A program made the position numbers and the translations under genes. This document shows, piece by piece, positions 28,957 through 43,000 of a stretch of DNA of 64,000 nt (position 1 is the first letter of the stretch; every line of letters begins with the position of its first letter). Location: assembly GCA_035340715.1 (NCBI GenBank), contig DAOQTX010000001.1:7894-71893 (forward strand), in the 5' to 3' direction. The stretch comes from Bacteroidia bacterium. GTDB lineage: Bacteria; Bacteroidota; Bacteroidia; AKYH767-A; OLB10. The notes below the pieces were generated by a model. The model made no database searches and had not been told where the DNA came from. It saw only the letters and a list, made by a program, of their open reading frames with translations.

Positions 28957-30936
28957 TTAATCAACTTCAATCTCATAAACTATTCCTTTTAAATCTTTTG
29001 ATGGAAATGGGATGTTATCTTGGTGATAGACCACCGGTGGCCACCATTCACCATAATGAAACTCCTGCGTAATCACCATCACCATTTGATTGTTTGGTAC
29101 CGAAGTTACTTCCGTGTTCATCTTACAGATCAATCGCATTTTATCCTTTGAAGGCCCTATACGCCAATTTATTTCTTCCGGCTTCCATTCAATCTCAAAA
29201 TAATAAAAATCACTTTTAAACAACTCATCCTCATTTTGAGGAGACCGTAAAGTTATGGCTTGATGATAATCATCCCATCGGTGTAAATTATAAATACCCT
29301 CTTTTGTACGGAAAGGGACAACTCCTTTTATATCTGTTTTTGGATCTCTGCAAGCCATATCCCAATTCGTACAGGCAACAATGATGTCTGAGTTTAATCT
29401 AGCATCCTCATTCGGATATTGACTATTGTTTCCGTAGGAAGTCTTCGGCCAATACTGACTCGTTTTAATAATCTCAAAATCTATCTCCGAATAATTTAAA
29501 GTTGGAACTCTTACGGATGCATCCATTTCTACATGCTTAGGAATATAGCCTTGATCAGAACAGACTCTCCTCTCATTCCACTTCGACTCCGATTGATACA
29601 ACAACCAAAATGCATTGGTCAATCCATTCCAAACATTATTGGAACTAAGCAATTCAGGAAACTTTATTTTAGCTCTGTAAGTTCCATACGTTAAGCCAAT
29701 GCGTGAAATAATTCCTACTTGTTCTTTTCGCTTATCCTTTCTTGATTGATTCCCCGGATTAGATAGTTCAATAGCATTTTCATTTTTAGCTACTGTCTTG
29801 CATGGGCAATCCGTTATATAAAAATGATCTTTCAATCTTTTATGATCCGGCCATTTGGAATACTCTTCAAACTGAGCATTCGACATATTCTCTCCAACAA
29901 CATCCATTGATGCATCAATGTTGTTAAAGTTCTTATCCTTATGAAGCATATGAAAATACTGTTCAAACAACGCATTTTGAAACAACTCTTTGTGATCTCC
30001 GCACTGCTCTGTGAAACAATGATCAGAGAATTCTTCTCCCGGATATTTAAAGCGATCTACATAAATGCCATTTGCTCCTGTATAACGTGCAAAAACACTT
30101 AGCTCTTCTTGGAAAGGAATCCAAACCCAATTGATTCCTGATTTTTCACTTTTAATAATACTCCATGGATTTATAAACTCTCCGGATGAGGACTTTTGGG
30201 ATAGAAAGAGGACACTGCTATCCAACTCCTGAAATGCGCCTTCATTAAAAACCAAAATCGAAAATTCATATGTTCCGGTACGAGGGTTTCGTTTCCATCG
30301 ATTGTTGATGCTTCCTTCATCTTCTTTTTGATTCGCCATATACACCGCATCCATGTGCAGCTGTTCACTTAAAGATCTTCCGGATTTGTTCGATTTTTCT
30401 TTAATAGAATTCAACCATTCCGGATTGGATTCAATTTCTTCGATATAGGATTTAATGAGTAGCTCTTTCTCGGCATGACTTAATTTTGTCCCACCATAAT
30501 ATTTTTCCTCGTTTCTAGGATTACCCATTATTCGAAGAGAATCTTTAATGGTAATGATTCCTTCATCTGGAATTTTTACTGAACGAACTTCATCAGGATT
30601 CTCCCATGAACCATAGAAATTTTCATGCGATAGAGGATCATTCTCTTCTAATTTATACTTCTTGTTTTGATAATAAACTTTATAGTAGATTATCTCATTA
30701 GGTGTCCCTTTTATATCTAAGGAGAATCTAATAAACCCCGGATCTTGATTATCAGAAGGAATCACAATTCCATTCTGAAATGCGTTGTTTAAATCCATCT
30801 CCAAACGATAGTTCCCTTCCTTAGGCATCATGCCTTCTAAAATGTGAACATTGCTTACTTCAAAATTTACCTCACTAAAATCACAAGCGGAAAGAAAAAG
30901 AAGTAGTGCAGAATATATACAACTCTTTAAATGCAT
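28957..30936 (-). CDS. Lipoprotein with a C-terminal GH16 (beta-glucanase/laminarinase-like) domain. Start corrected to ATG 30936; the ORF track starts at 30996.
   Basis: Lipoprotein signal (MHLKSCIYSALLLFLSACDF). GH16 catalytic motif ExDxE (SEIDFEII) with flanking jelly-roll signatures (GTYRAKIKFPE, FYYFEIEWKPEEINWRIG). The ORF-track N-terminal 20 aa are encoded by the terminator hairpin of the upstream gene and are rejected. Confidence 0.55.
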   Translation of the reverse strand: MHLKSCIYSALLLFLSACDFSEVNFEVSNVHILEGMMPKEGNYRLEMDLNNAFQNGIVIPSDNQDPGFIRFSLDIKGTPNEIIYYKVYYQNKKYKLEENDPLSHENFYGSWENPDEVRSVKIPDEGIITIKDSLRIMGNPRNEEKYYGGTKLSHAEKELLIKSYIEEIESNPEWLNSIKEKSNKSGRSLSEQLHMDAVYMANQKEDEGSINNRWKRNPRTGTYEFSILVFNEGAFQELDSSVLFLSQKSSSGEFINPWSIIKSEKSGINWVWIPFQEELSVFARYTGANGIYVDRFKYPGEEFSDHCFTEQCGDHKELFQNALFEQYFHMLHKDKNFNNIDASMDVVGENMSNAQFEEYSKWPDHKRLKDHFYITDCPCKTVAKNENAIELSNPGNQSRKDKRKEQVGIISRIGLTYGTYRAKIKFPELLSSNNVWNGLTNAFWLLYQSESKWNERRVCSDQGYIPKHVEMDASVRVPTLNYSEIDFEIIKTSQYWPKTSYGNNSQYPNEDARLNSDIIVACTNWDMACRDPKTDIKGVVPFRTKEGIYNLHRWDDYHQAITLRSPQNEDELFKSDFYYFEIEWKPEEINWRIGPSKDKMRLICKMNTEVTSVPNNQMVMVITQEFHYGEWWPPVVYHQDNIPFPSKDLKGIVYEIEVD

Positions 30937-30960
30937 TCCCAAATCTACACTTCTTCGATT

Positions 30961-30999
30961 AACAACAAAAATGGTCTGCAATTTCTTGCAGACCATTTT
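30961..30999 (-). terminator. Rho-independent terminator of the giant adhesin gene
   Basis: 14-bp perfect stem AAAATGGTCTGCAA / TTGCAGACCATTTT with loop TTTC. Followed on the minus strand by TTTTTGTTGTT. Lies 38 nt after the stop at 31037-31039. Confidence 0.6.
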
Positions 31000-31036
31000 G
31001 TTTGTAGGGGCTATTTATCGATTCGGAACGAACTTC

Positions 31037-34000
31037 TTATTGAAGAACAATTCTTACGATTTCACTATCACCATCAACATTAAGTTGAATCATATATACA
31101 CCTTTGCGCAATGTGCTAAAGTCGTAGTTGATTTGGTTCAATCCGCCATCGGCAATACCGCTGTGGCTATAAACCATCTTACCCGTCATATCCATCATGT
31201 GCATAGTGTACTGAGCTCCATATTCAGCATTAAACTGTAAGCTTAGCGATCCATCGGTTGGGTTCGGGAATGCCTTCACAGCCATTCCATCACCTAATCC
31301 GTGAGCAACTCTTGGAGGAGCAGCAGGACAAGTAAGCACACTGTTCTGTTGAACACCACCTGACCAACTTTGGTTGATCAATGCTACTGCATTTGAAAGT
31401 GCAGTTGCACTGTATGGTGAGCTACAACCTGCCAGTTTCTTATTAGCCTCAGCCAATATTTGATTTACGGTCATACCACTGAATGGCGCGTTTGCATAAA
31501 TCATATTGCCTAAGCTAACGGTGCTGGTAGGCGCAAAATTAGGATCATACTGATCAAACTTAACGTTCAATGTCAACGCTACCAATTCAGCAGCGAAAGT
31601 ATTGCTATACGTTGAGAATGTTGGATTCACCAAGTTAGCTGTCAATGACGCAGGAGATCCAGTACTTGGCAAGAACAACTTCACAGCCGTTACATTGGTT
31701 AACTGTAGTGACTTACCACCGGCACAGTACGAAGTACCACCAAGTGTTAAGTATGCAGGACCAGGGAATACCGCATTAAAGTTATTTGCTAAGTAGGTTC
31801 CGGCATTGCTTCCGTTAGGAGCTACATTCCAACCAGCAGTAGTTTCAGTTCTGAATCCAATACAGCTGTATGCAGGCTCAGTAATAACTACTGTTGCCGC
31901 TACAGTACAATTATTAGCATCGGTAACTACTACAGTATAAGTAGAAGCATACAATCCACTTGCAGAAGCAGTTGTTTGAGCAGGAACAGTGTTCCAGCTA
32001 TAACTGTATGGAGGAGTTCCTCCACCTACTGTAGCTGTAGCAGAACCATCACTTCCTCCAGGGAATGAAACGTTCGTCTGACTGGTGCTGATAGACAAGG
32101 CTGCAGGATTACTGATCGAGGCGCTGCACTGAGTACTACATCCATTCGCATCGGTAACAATAACTGTATAAGTACCACCAGATAATCCGCTTACAGAAGA
32201 CATTGTAGAGCCATTGCTCCAAGCATAGCTATATGGTGCAGTTCCACCACTTGCACTTACAGAAGCTGTTCCATCATTTGCTCCGTTACAGCTGATGTTA
32301 TTTTCAGCAACTGAACATACCAATTGATTTGGCTCTGTAATCACTACGCATAAGTATGCTGCACAACCTTTACCGTCAATTACATTGATTGTATATGGAC
32401 CGGCAACTAAGTCGGAACGATCTTCAGTAGTTGCACCATCATCCCAAACAAATGAGTATGGTGTAGTTCCACCGCTGATCACTATGTCAATAGTACCAGT
32501 GTTTCCACCGTTACAGTCGACATTTGTACCGGTTCCGCTGATCGACAATGGTGTTGCAGGCTGACTGATAATTACCAACATTGAAGCGGTACATCCGTTA
32601 GCATCTCCAACCGTTACGGTGTAGATACCAGCCGTCAATCCGGTAGCAGTTTGAGTAGTTTGAATTGGCGCTGTGCTCCAGTTATATGAGTAAGGAGCAA
32701 CTCCACCACTCACATGAACTGTAGCGTTTCCGTTATTTCCACCAAAGCAACTGATATCGGTCTTAGTTACTGATAGTGCTATTGCATCCGGCTCAGTTAA
32801 AGTAATCTGAGCTGCAGCAATACAAGTTCCATCATCAACAGTAACTGTGTATGTACCCGCTGTTAATCCAGTGATATCTTCAGTGGTTGCACCATTACTC
32901 CATAAGTAGGTGTATGTGCCGCTTCCACTAACTACCGTCAGATTCACAGAACCATCAGTACCACCATTGCAACGGATATTATATCCACCTGCATAAACTG
33001 GTGAAGCAATATTCAACGCTAGGTTACCATTGTTAGGCATAATTACACAATGAACAGTAACACAACCATTTTCATCGGTTACAGTTACATAATTAGCACC
33101 TGCCGGTAAACCGGTAGCTGTTGCCGTTGTTTGAACCGGGTTGGTATTCCATGCATAGCTGTATGGTCCACTTCCTCCGGATACACTCACTTGAGCTGAT
33201 CCGTTGGCTACACCACAACCTGCTACTTGAAGTATTGAGTCAACTACAACCATTGGTGCAGGCTCAACAACTTCAATGCTATCTTGTGCAATACATCCAT
33301 TTGCATCGCTTACTGTTACATAGTACCAACCTGCAAGCAGATTACTGATTACATTTTGGTTTCCTCCAGTGCTCCAGCTATAAGAGTATGGTGAAGTTCC
33401 ACCACTAACAATTACACCTGCGCTACCGTTGCTGTATCCATTGCAGCTAACATCAGTCTTGCTCATGGCAAGAGATAATGCAGCAGGCTCGTTTACAACA
33501 CCAGATAATTCAAGAGTACAACCTGTTGAATCGGTAATGGTAACCGTATATGAACCTCCGGCTAATCCACTAGCATTCTGAGTCGTTTGACCATTGCTCC
33601 ATGCAAAGCTGTAAGGCATAATACCACCACTTAAGTTGGTAACCGCTAATGAACCATCGGCAGCACCATTACATGATACATGCGTTGGAACCAAAACAGC
33701 TGACAATGAAGCAGGTTGATTTACAACTACAGTACACATTGTAGTACAACCATTTGCATCAGTCACCACTACAGTGTAAGTACCAGCTGCAAGGTCAGTA
33801 GCAATTGCATTGGTTTGGATCGGGCTGGTATTCCAGCTATAGCTGTATGGAGCCTGACCACCAAACACATTTACAGTTGCAGTACCATTAGCCTGACCAC
33901 AATATGCAAACGTACAAGAAGTGTTGCATGTAAATGGTGCAGGTTCAGTTATCTGAACAGATCCATTAATGCTACATCCGTTGGCATCGGTTACCGTTAT

Positions 34001-37000
34001 AAAATAAGTACCGGCAGCCAATCCACCTGCCATAGCGGTAGTTTGACCATTGCTCCACAAGTAAGTATATGGCTGTGTGCCTCCACTTACATTAGCAGTA
34101 GCATGTCCGGTAGCAGCACCGTAGCAGTTGTTGTCAACCTTATTGATATTTAATGCCAATGGCATTGGTTCATTAATAACAGCAATGCAAGATGTAGAAC
34201 ATCCACTAGCATCAGTAATGGTTACGGTATAAACACCAGCTCCCAGTCCAGTTGCAGTTGCAGTGCTTTGGAATGGTGCAGTATTCCAGTTGTATGAATA
34301 TGGAGGAGTTCCACCATTAACAACAACAGTAGCTGAACCATCTTGATATCCATTACATGTTACATTAGTTGTAGAAGAAATAGAGCAGCTTAAGTTACCG
34401 GTTTGACCGATAATAACTACATCTGCATTCACACAACCATTTGCATCCGTAACGATCACGTTATAAACACCTGCTGCCAATCCGGTAGCCGTTGCATAGA
34501 ACTGACCATCAGACCATAGATAAGTATAAGGACCTACTCCACCTGTAGCGGTTACGGTAGCAGAACCATTATCCTGTCCACAACTTGCGTCAATTCCAAC
34601 AGTACTTAATAGTAATGCTGCAGGCTCTGTAACTGTTATGCTAGCATTAACTACACAACCATTCACATCAGATATGGTAACACTGTATGTACCGGCTCCA
34701 ACACCACTTAAGTCTTCGGTAGTTGCTCCGTTGCTCCATACAAAAGAGTATGAAGGAACTCCACCACTAACGGTTAAGTCAATTGCACCGGTTAAGTTTC
34801 CATTACAGTCAACATTAGTTACTGTATATCCATAATTCAACTGAGTAGGTTGACCAATTTTAACACAGCATACTATGCTACATCCTAGAGAGTCAGTTAC
34901 TGTTACATAATATGTACCAGCAGCCAATCCTGTTGCAGTAGCGGTAGTTTGTACCGGAACTGTATTCCAAGCATACGTATATGGAGCACCCACACTATAT
35001 GGAGTACCACCACTTACATTGGTTGTTCCACTTCCATCAGCACTACCAAAGCAAGTAGGAGCAACTACAGTAGAGTCAACACATACAAGTGCTGAAGGCT
35101 CAGTTATTACAATACTTGCAGATGCAGTACATCCAGAGAAATCTTGAACTATTACTGTATACACGCCTGCCACTAAGTTTGTAGCTGTTGGAGTATTCTG
35201 AAGATTATTCCATAAGAACATGTATGGAGCTGTTCCACCACTAACACTTACGGTAGCAGAACCACTGTTACCGCCATTACAAGCTACATTCGAACCACTG
35301 ATGTTCAATAACATTCCTGCAGGCTCATTTACGGTCACCTGACAAGTAATACTACATCCATTGGCATCGGTAATGGTAACGGTATGAACTCCGGCTGCAA
35401 CTAAATTAGCAGTAGCTGTTGTCGCTCCATTGCTCCACAAGTAAGATAGAGCACCTGTTCCACCTACGGCAGATACAGTTACTTTACCATCGGAATATCC
35501 ATTACAAGATACATGATCCAATACTGAACAATTCGCAATAATCTGACTTGGGTCAATGATCTCTACTTCTTCAGTAGCGGTACAACCACCTGCATCGGTA
35601 ACAGTAACGGTATAAACACCGGCTATTAATCCAACTGCAAGATCAGTTGTTTGACCATCGCTCCACAAGTAGCTATAAGGCTGTGTACCACCCACCGGAA
35701 CAGCTAGAGCTGAACCATCGTTTCCACCGAAACATGATGGGTTTACTGAAGGATCAATATCTACCTGTAAAGTACCAGGCTGACTGATCACTACATTCGC
35801 CATTTCATTACATCCATTTGCATCAGTAACGGTAACAACATACACACCAGCCGTTAATCCGGTTGCTGTAGCTGTTGTTTGACCATTGCTCCACAAGTAA
35901 CTGTACGGTGCGGTTCCTCCTTCTGCCAATGCAGTTGCAGAACCCAATCCACCATTACATGGAATGTTTACTACGTTAATCATTGTAACCACTAAAGCAC
36001 TGTCTGGCTCGGTTACTTCAATGCTATCCTGAGCAGAACATCCTACAGCATCTGTTACCGTAACAGTATACATACCAGCAACTAAACCAGTGGCAGTTGC
36101 AGTATTCTGTGGAGGTACTGTATTCCATAAGATTGTATATGGAGGTGTTCCACCTGATATTGTTGTAACAGAAGCAGTACCATTGTTACCACCGGTGCAA
36201 CTTACACTGGTTGTTGACAATGCACCTATCACAATTGAATTAGGTTGATTTACTATAATTCCACTTACTACTATAGAACAGTTGTTGGCATCCGTTACCG
36301 TTACGCTGTACGATCCGGCTACTAATCCACTAGCTGTTTGTGTCGTCTGACCATCGCTCCATAAGTAAGTATAAGCTCCGGTTCCACCCACTGGGAATAC
36401 TGTAGCTGATCCGTCATTGCCACCATTACAAGTGGTATTCACCACAGAGAATGTAGCTGTTATTGCAACCGGTTCGGTTACTGTAACATCACATACTGCA
36501 GTACATCCATTGGCATCGGTAACTACTACAGTCCAAACACCTGTACTTAAACCTACAGCCGTAGCTGTTGTTTGAGCAGGATTGGTATTCCATAAGTAGC
36601 TTAGCTGACCAGAACCACCGGTAGCAACAGCTGTAGCCTGACCATCATTTCCACCATTACAGCTTACGTTATTATCTACACTGCATGATAAGTTAATTGC
36701 AGGAGGCTCTGGAATAACCACAGTACAACTGGTATTACAACCATTAGCATCCACCACTATTACGGTATAAGTACCCGCAGGTAAACCTGTTGCAGAAGCA
36801 GTAGTTTGAACCGGGTTTGTACTCCATATATACATATAAGGACCCGTTCCACCATTTACATCTATACATGCTGCTCCATCGTTAGCTCCAAAACAACTTA
36901 CCGGCTGGAAGCACTGATTGTTTACAGAACAACTTAATGAGCTAGACTGAGAAACAGTCACTGCACACTCAGAAGTACAACCTTTAGCATCGGTAACCAC

Positions 37001-40000
37001 GACTGTATAAGTTCCGGCAGCAAGGTTGGTTGCTGTAATCGCTGTTGAACCATTGCTCCATAAGAAGCTGTAAGGAACTACACCACCCGTTGGGAATACA
37101 GAAGCCGATCCATCGTTTCCACCACTACAGCTTGCGGCTGTGCTGCTCGAACTACAGTTCAATGCAGGAGGCTCGTTAACAATGATGGTAGCATATATGA
37201 TACACTTCTTACGATCTTTAACCGCCACAGTATAAACACCTGCAGATATGCCGGTTAAATCTTCTGTGGTTGCTCCATTGCTCCAAGTATATCGATATGG
37301 ACCATTTTGGTTATGAGGGGTTCCACCGGTAACAGTAAGATCAATTGATCCATCGCTTCCTCCGTTGCACGATACATTAGTTACAATATACAATGCCACC
37401 ATTTGTGGAGCGGAGTTTATGGTTACGTTACGTGAACGTGTACAACCATTTGCATCGGTCACCGTTACTTTATAAGTACCTGCAGGCATACCAATGATAT
37501 CCTGAGTGGTTGCACCTGTGCTCCATAAATAGGAGAATGGAGAGGTACCACCTACCGCTTTAACTTTAGCAATACCATCCGATCCGCCATAACAGCTCAC
37601 ATTCTTCTTACGAACAATGTTGATTACGATTTCAGCAGGCTCATTGATGGTAGTTGTTACTGCTTGAGTACAACCATTTGCATCGGTAACTACTACAGTA
37701 TAAGCACCTGCAGCTAAGCCGGTTGCTGTAGAAGTGGTTTGAACAGGATTGGTACTCCAGCTATAGCTATAAGGAGGAGTTCCACCAATGGCTAAGGCTT
37801 GTATTGATCCATCACTTAAACCATAGCAGCTTACATCATTTGGAATGGTAAATACTGCTAAAGGTGAAGGCTCAGTTACGGTAACCACGGAAATATGGAT
37901 ACAACCATTCGCATCTGTTATAGTCACCGTATAGTTTCCGGCTGACAATCCACCAACCGTACTTGTTTGAGCACCATTGCTCCACAAATAGCTATAAGGA
38001 GGTGTTCCGCCAACTGGAATTGCAGTTATTGAACCATCTGATCCACCGGCACAACTTACATTAGTTACCGAAGAAGGACAGATACAACTCAATGCTGTAG
38101 GCTCCGTAATAGTCCATGACATCGATGAACTACATCCATTGTCATCGGTTACTGTTACGGTATAAACACCAGCTGGTAATCCGGCAACACTTTGAGTTGT
38201 TTCACCGGTATTCCAATCAAATAAGTATGGAGATACACCACCGCTAACAACAACAGAAATACTTCCGTTGGTACCACCATTACAACTTACATTAGTAGCT
38301 GTACCGGCAATTACAATCGCTGATGGTTCACTAACAATGATGGTTTGTGTATGAACACAACCACTGGCATCGGTAACGGTAACGGTATATGATCCAGCTG
38401 ATAAACCACTGTTTGTTGCAGTCGAATTACCATTTGACCAAATGTAAGTATATGGAGCTACTCCACCTGTTACATATAGTTCGATAATACCATTGTTCGC
38501 ACCATTACATACAAGATCGGTTACTACCTCATTCAATGCGATGGCATCAGGCTCGGTAACTGTACCATTTACCTGGTAAGTACAACCATTCGCATCGGTT
38601 ACTATTAAGGTATAACTACCTGCACATAAATTGTCTGCAACATTAGTTGTTTGAGCAGGGTTGGTATTCCATAAATATGAATATGGAGGTGTACCACCGC
38701 TGATATTTACAATCAACTTGCCATCACATGCACCATTACAGCTGGCATTCACCACTGACATGGTATGCGTAAAGGCAGGAGGATTAATCAATGAATAAGA
38801 ACCTAATTTCACACAACCGTTTGCATCGGTCACGGTAACAACGTAGGTACCGGCAGTTAAGCCTGTAGCCGTAGCTGTTGTTTGACCATTGCTCCATAAG
38901 TAAGTATATGGTGCTACACCACCCTGAGGAATTGCAACAATAGATCCATTAGATCCACCGAAGCATGATGGGTTGGTAAGTGTCGCTTGCAATTGCAATA
39001 ATGAATCCGGTTGTATTACCTGAGCTACCACATAGTGTAAGCATCCTAATGAATCGCTCACCGTAATGGTATAGGTTCCGGCACACAATCCGCTGGCAGA
39101 CGAAGTGGTTGCTCCGTTCGACCATAAGAAGTTATATCCGCTTCCTGAACTGTATGGTGTTCCACCGCTAACTGCTAATGAAATTGAACCGTTACATGTT
39201 CCATGACAAGCAGGGTTAACAACCGTTGCTACTACTTGCATCTGAGCAGGCTCAGCTATTAAGAAGCAAACAACCGTATCACAACCAACTGCATCGGTTA
39301 TGGTTACACAATAGATGCCTGATGACAAGCTATCCGCATCTTCATCCGTTGCACCATTGCTCCATAAGTAAGTGTATGGACCAACTCCACCGCTTACAGC
39401 AACACTGGCAATACCGTCACCACCGCCAAAGCAGCTTACGTTTACTACTGTTTTACCAACCACAATTTGTGGGTTGCTTAATATATCTACAGCGGTTTGG
39501 TAGGTACAACCATTAGCATCGGTAACCGTAACGGTATAGGTACCTGCTGTTATATTAACAAGGTCTTCAGAAGTGGCATTATTGCTCCATAAATAAGTAT
39601 ATGGAGGTGTTCCACCTGAAGGAGTAATGTCTATCGATCCTGAAGCATCACCATAGCAAACTACATCTACATGAGTTTCTGTAGCTGATACCGGCAATGG
39701 CTCACCAACAAATGCACATGCAGGGAATGATGAACACTGTGGTGGAGGATAGCTGTTGGTATTTGCTTTATCGGTTACCACTAAGCAATAGTTGCCAGTA
39801 GGTAGTCCTGTGATTAAATCAGATCCTAAGAAACTGATGGTATCACGTATTAAGACGTTATTGTTATCATACCACTGGTAGCGATATGGCGGCACACCTA
39901 AGAATGCCAAGCCGGTAATTGAACCGCTCGGATCACCCGCACAAAGTGCAGAGGTAGGTATGGCAACGGCTACCGGAGCATCAATGAAGTTTACATTGGC

Positions 40001-43000
40001 AATTCCGGAAGTTGCGATACAACCACCAAAGTTAGGTGGGAAGTAAACCGTTACCTGGAATAATCCAACTCCTACTGTAGTGAAAGTACTATCAGGACTA
40101 GGACCAAAGCCCCAATCGAATAAAGTACCAATTGGCCATCCACCAGGATAGTTAACCGGATCGGAAGCAACTAAGGTTACTGATCCACCGGTACAAACCG
40201 TAGTATCGTCTGGTGAAATAATAGGTTGAGGCACAGCTACAGGAGAAACGCTAATAGAATCTTGTGCTGTACAACCGGTAATATTATCTGTCACGGTTAC
40301 TACAAATGTAGTTGGACCATTCAATACCGCATTAGCGGTTTGCTGATTTGGATTAGAGAATAATCCGGCAGGAGCCCAGCTATAGGTTACACCACTTGGT
40401 GCAAACTGCCATCCTTCATTGGTAGCCGACCAGCTATTGTTCGCATTGCGACCTGGAACTACTTCGGCTAAGGTACCATTTGAATTCTCAATACCTAAGG
40501 TATGGTTGCCACCATCGGTGGTCATTTGCGTAATGTGAACCTGAATAATATTGGATCCTTCACTCAAAACAATTTGAGATGTCATTGGGCTACCGCCACC
40601 TCCAAAGTGAGGAATAGCATTGAAGTTAACTACCAATTTTTGATTGGGCGAAATACCGGTAGTGAAATAATCAATCGTTCCACCAGCACCAGGGTTAAAG
40701 TCTTCCCATGGGAAGGTAATAATATTATTTGGAGTGCCTGCACCAGGCAATAAACCACCGGTACAACATCCGTTAGGAGCAGCCAGATCAAAGGATATAA
40801 ATCCATTGGAGGCAATTACAAATTGGCTGTATGAATTACCATAGAAACCAAAGTTAAATCCTATAGGCAATGCAGCACTGGTTTGATCGTCACCCAAAGT
40901 AACAGCAGTACCCACACCGGCTATCGGTGCAAATGGTACGGATGATACCTGATAAGTGGTTCCAAACGGAGAGGTTCCACTTGCGCTCAATTGAATTGAG
41001 TCACCGGCACAAACTACCGCAGGAACAGCATTTATGGCTGTAACCGATGGTAAGGCATTTACTACAACAGTAATAGTGTCTGAACTCTGACAAGAATCAG
41101 GAGTTGTAGGATCTATACCATAAACAATATAAGTAGTTGTTTGCGTAGGACAAACATTAACCGTTTGACCAATTAAATTACCCGGCTGCCAGGTATATTG
41201 ATAGTTTGTATTTAAGCTATTTGCAGAAAGATCGGTACACTCGCCTAAGCAAAGGTCAGAATCGATTGCACTTGCTGTAATATCATCAGCAGGAGTTGAA
41301 ACTGCAACTACCATTACACGACCAGATTCACAAGCGCCACCCGAACCGGCAAAAGGTAATGTCATACCCGGATTGGTTGCATTTATACTTGTAGTTTGAA
41401 TTGCGAAGTCGTTTAAATCATTATTATCCGAAGTACCATTTCTTGATAAGCTCAATCCTGCATTTGCAGTTGTAGCATCAATACCATTTCCTGTCCATGC
41501 AGAAGCAGGAGCAACAGGGTTACTTGGATTGCCGGGTATGTTTATGCTCATACCGGCAATATTTGCTGAAGGCCAGTTCCAAATAACAAAATCTCTGATT
41601 GCACCGGTATTATCCATCAAAATAGCCCATCCGGTAAATGAAGGGAATGACCCAGGATTCCAGAACAAATTCGATCCCCAAGGATTAGTAACTCCATCAG
41701 TCCAGAACATGGTTTGACCCGGAGCAATAGTACCTGATAGAACCTGAACGGTTGCATTGACAAAATTAATGTCTGTATAACTGTCACTTACTGCAAGTCT
41801 CCAACCTGTTACATCAACTGCTGAGCCACTTACGTTTTGAATCTCGATTTGATCTGTTCCACCTAAATCGGCCTCTGTAATTAAAATTGCAGAGGAGCCT
41901 GCTTGATTTCCTGAACCGCTTATCAAGGTGTCAATAGCAGCCACGTAGAATGTATCGGTACCGGTAATAATTGGGTTAAATGGAGAACCATATGCTAAAG
42001 GCGTTCCGCCACTGGCTTCATCATACCATACAATTGGGAACCCATTACTGGTAGCAGTTAAGTTAACAGCACCGATACCACAAATTGTATCTCCTAAGGA
42101 TGATAATATTTGAGGAGCAGATATATCAACTTTTAATATGTTAGAATAAACAGTGTCTTGACAATATGCTTTTAGTCTGTACCAAGTCATACTGCTAAGC
42201 GTATCGGTTTCATAGAAAGAACTATCCGCTCCGCTAATATCAGAGAAGTTAATACCATCATTAGAAATTTGCCATTGCAACATTCCCAATGTTGCAGTAG
42301 AAGTGAATGAGGTTACACCACTATAACATAATACTGAATCTCCTACGAAAGAAATTGCCGGAGCTTCAGGGAATGTAGAAACTACTACTACCACATTGCT
42401 GCTCGCGGTACAACCACTCGCAGGATCGGTTACGGTAACAAAGAAGTTCTCGGTACCTAATGTAGTTGCCGTAAAGGTTGGGTTTGCAATATTTGGATTG
42501 TCCAAATTAGCCGCAGGTGACCATGAATAAGTTACTGCTCCACCAGTTAATCGCATGCTCGGACGGAATTGCTGCAAAGCACCTGTTAAATCGGCACATG
42601 GATCGGCATTGTCTGAACGGAAGGTATTACATGCCGGAGTAGCGGTCATAAATACCAAGTCAAAAAATGAGGTTGTAGCATTTGCGAAACAAGTATTGAT
42701 AACCACATCAGATACTCCATCCCACATGAATGGCGTGCTGAAGTTCATGGTGTTCCAACCCAATACAGTACTTACATTACCTGTAAACACAGTAGTAAAT
42801 CCGGCTGTTTGATAGGTTGTAACAGCAAAACATCCATTTGGAGAAGCATGCGCCATACTGATAGTAAATCCGGTATAAGGCTGCGTACTTAATTTATTGG
42901 AAACATTGAATGCTAATGAGCTTATTTGACCAGGTCCTAAAATGCCTGCTGCATTTAATTCTGATGCTCTGATTAGAATTTGTGAACGCTGAGTTAAGTT

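Noticed and set aside
30937-30996. ORF-track N-terminal extension (MVCKKLQTIFVVNRRSVDLG) of the GH16 lipoprotein
   Set aside because: These 20 codons are the reverse-complement reading of the adhesin terminator hairpin. The downstream Met gives a canonical lipoprotein signal peptide.
31871-39973. Periodic repeat array considered as a CRISPR array or mobile-element-derived repeats
   Set aside because: The repeats are in-frame protein repeats (SprB motif) about 240 bp long with degenerate spacing, inside one ORF. There is no repeat-spacer structure and no cas genes.
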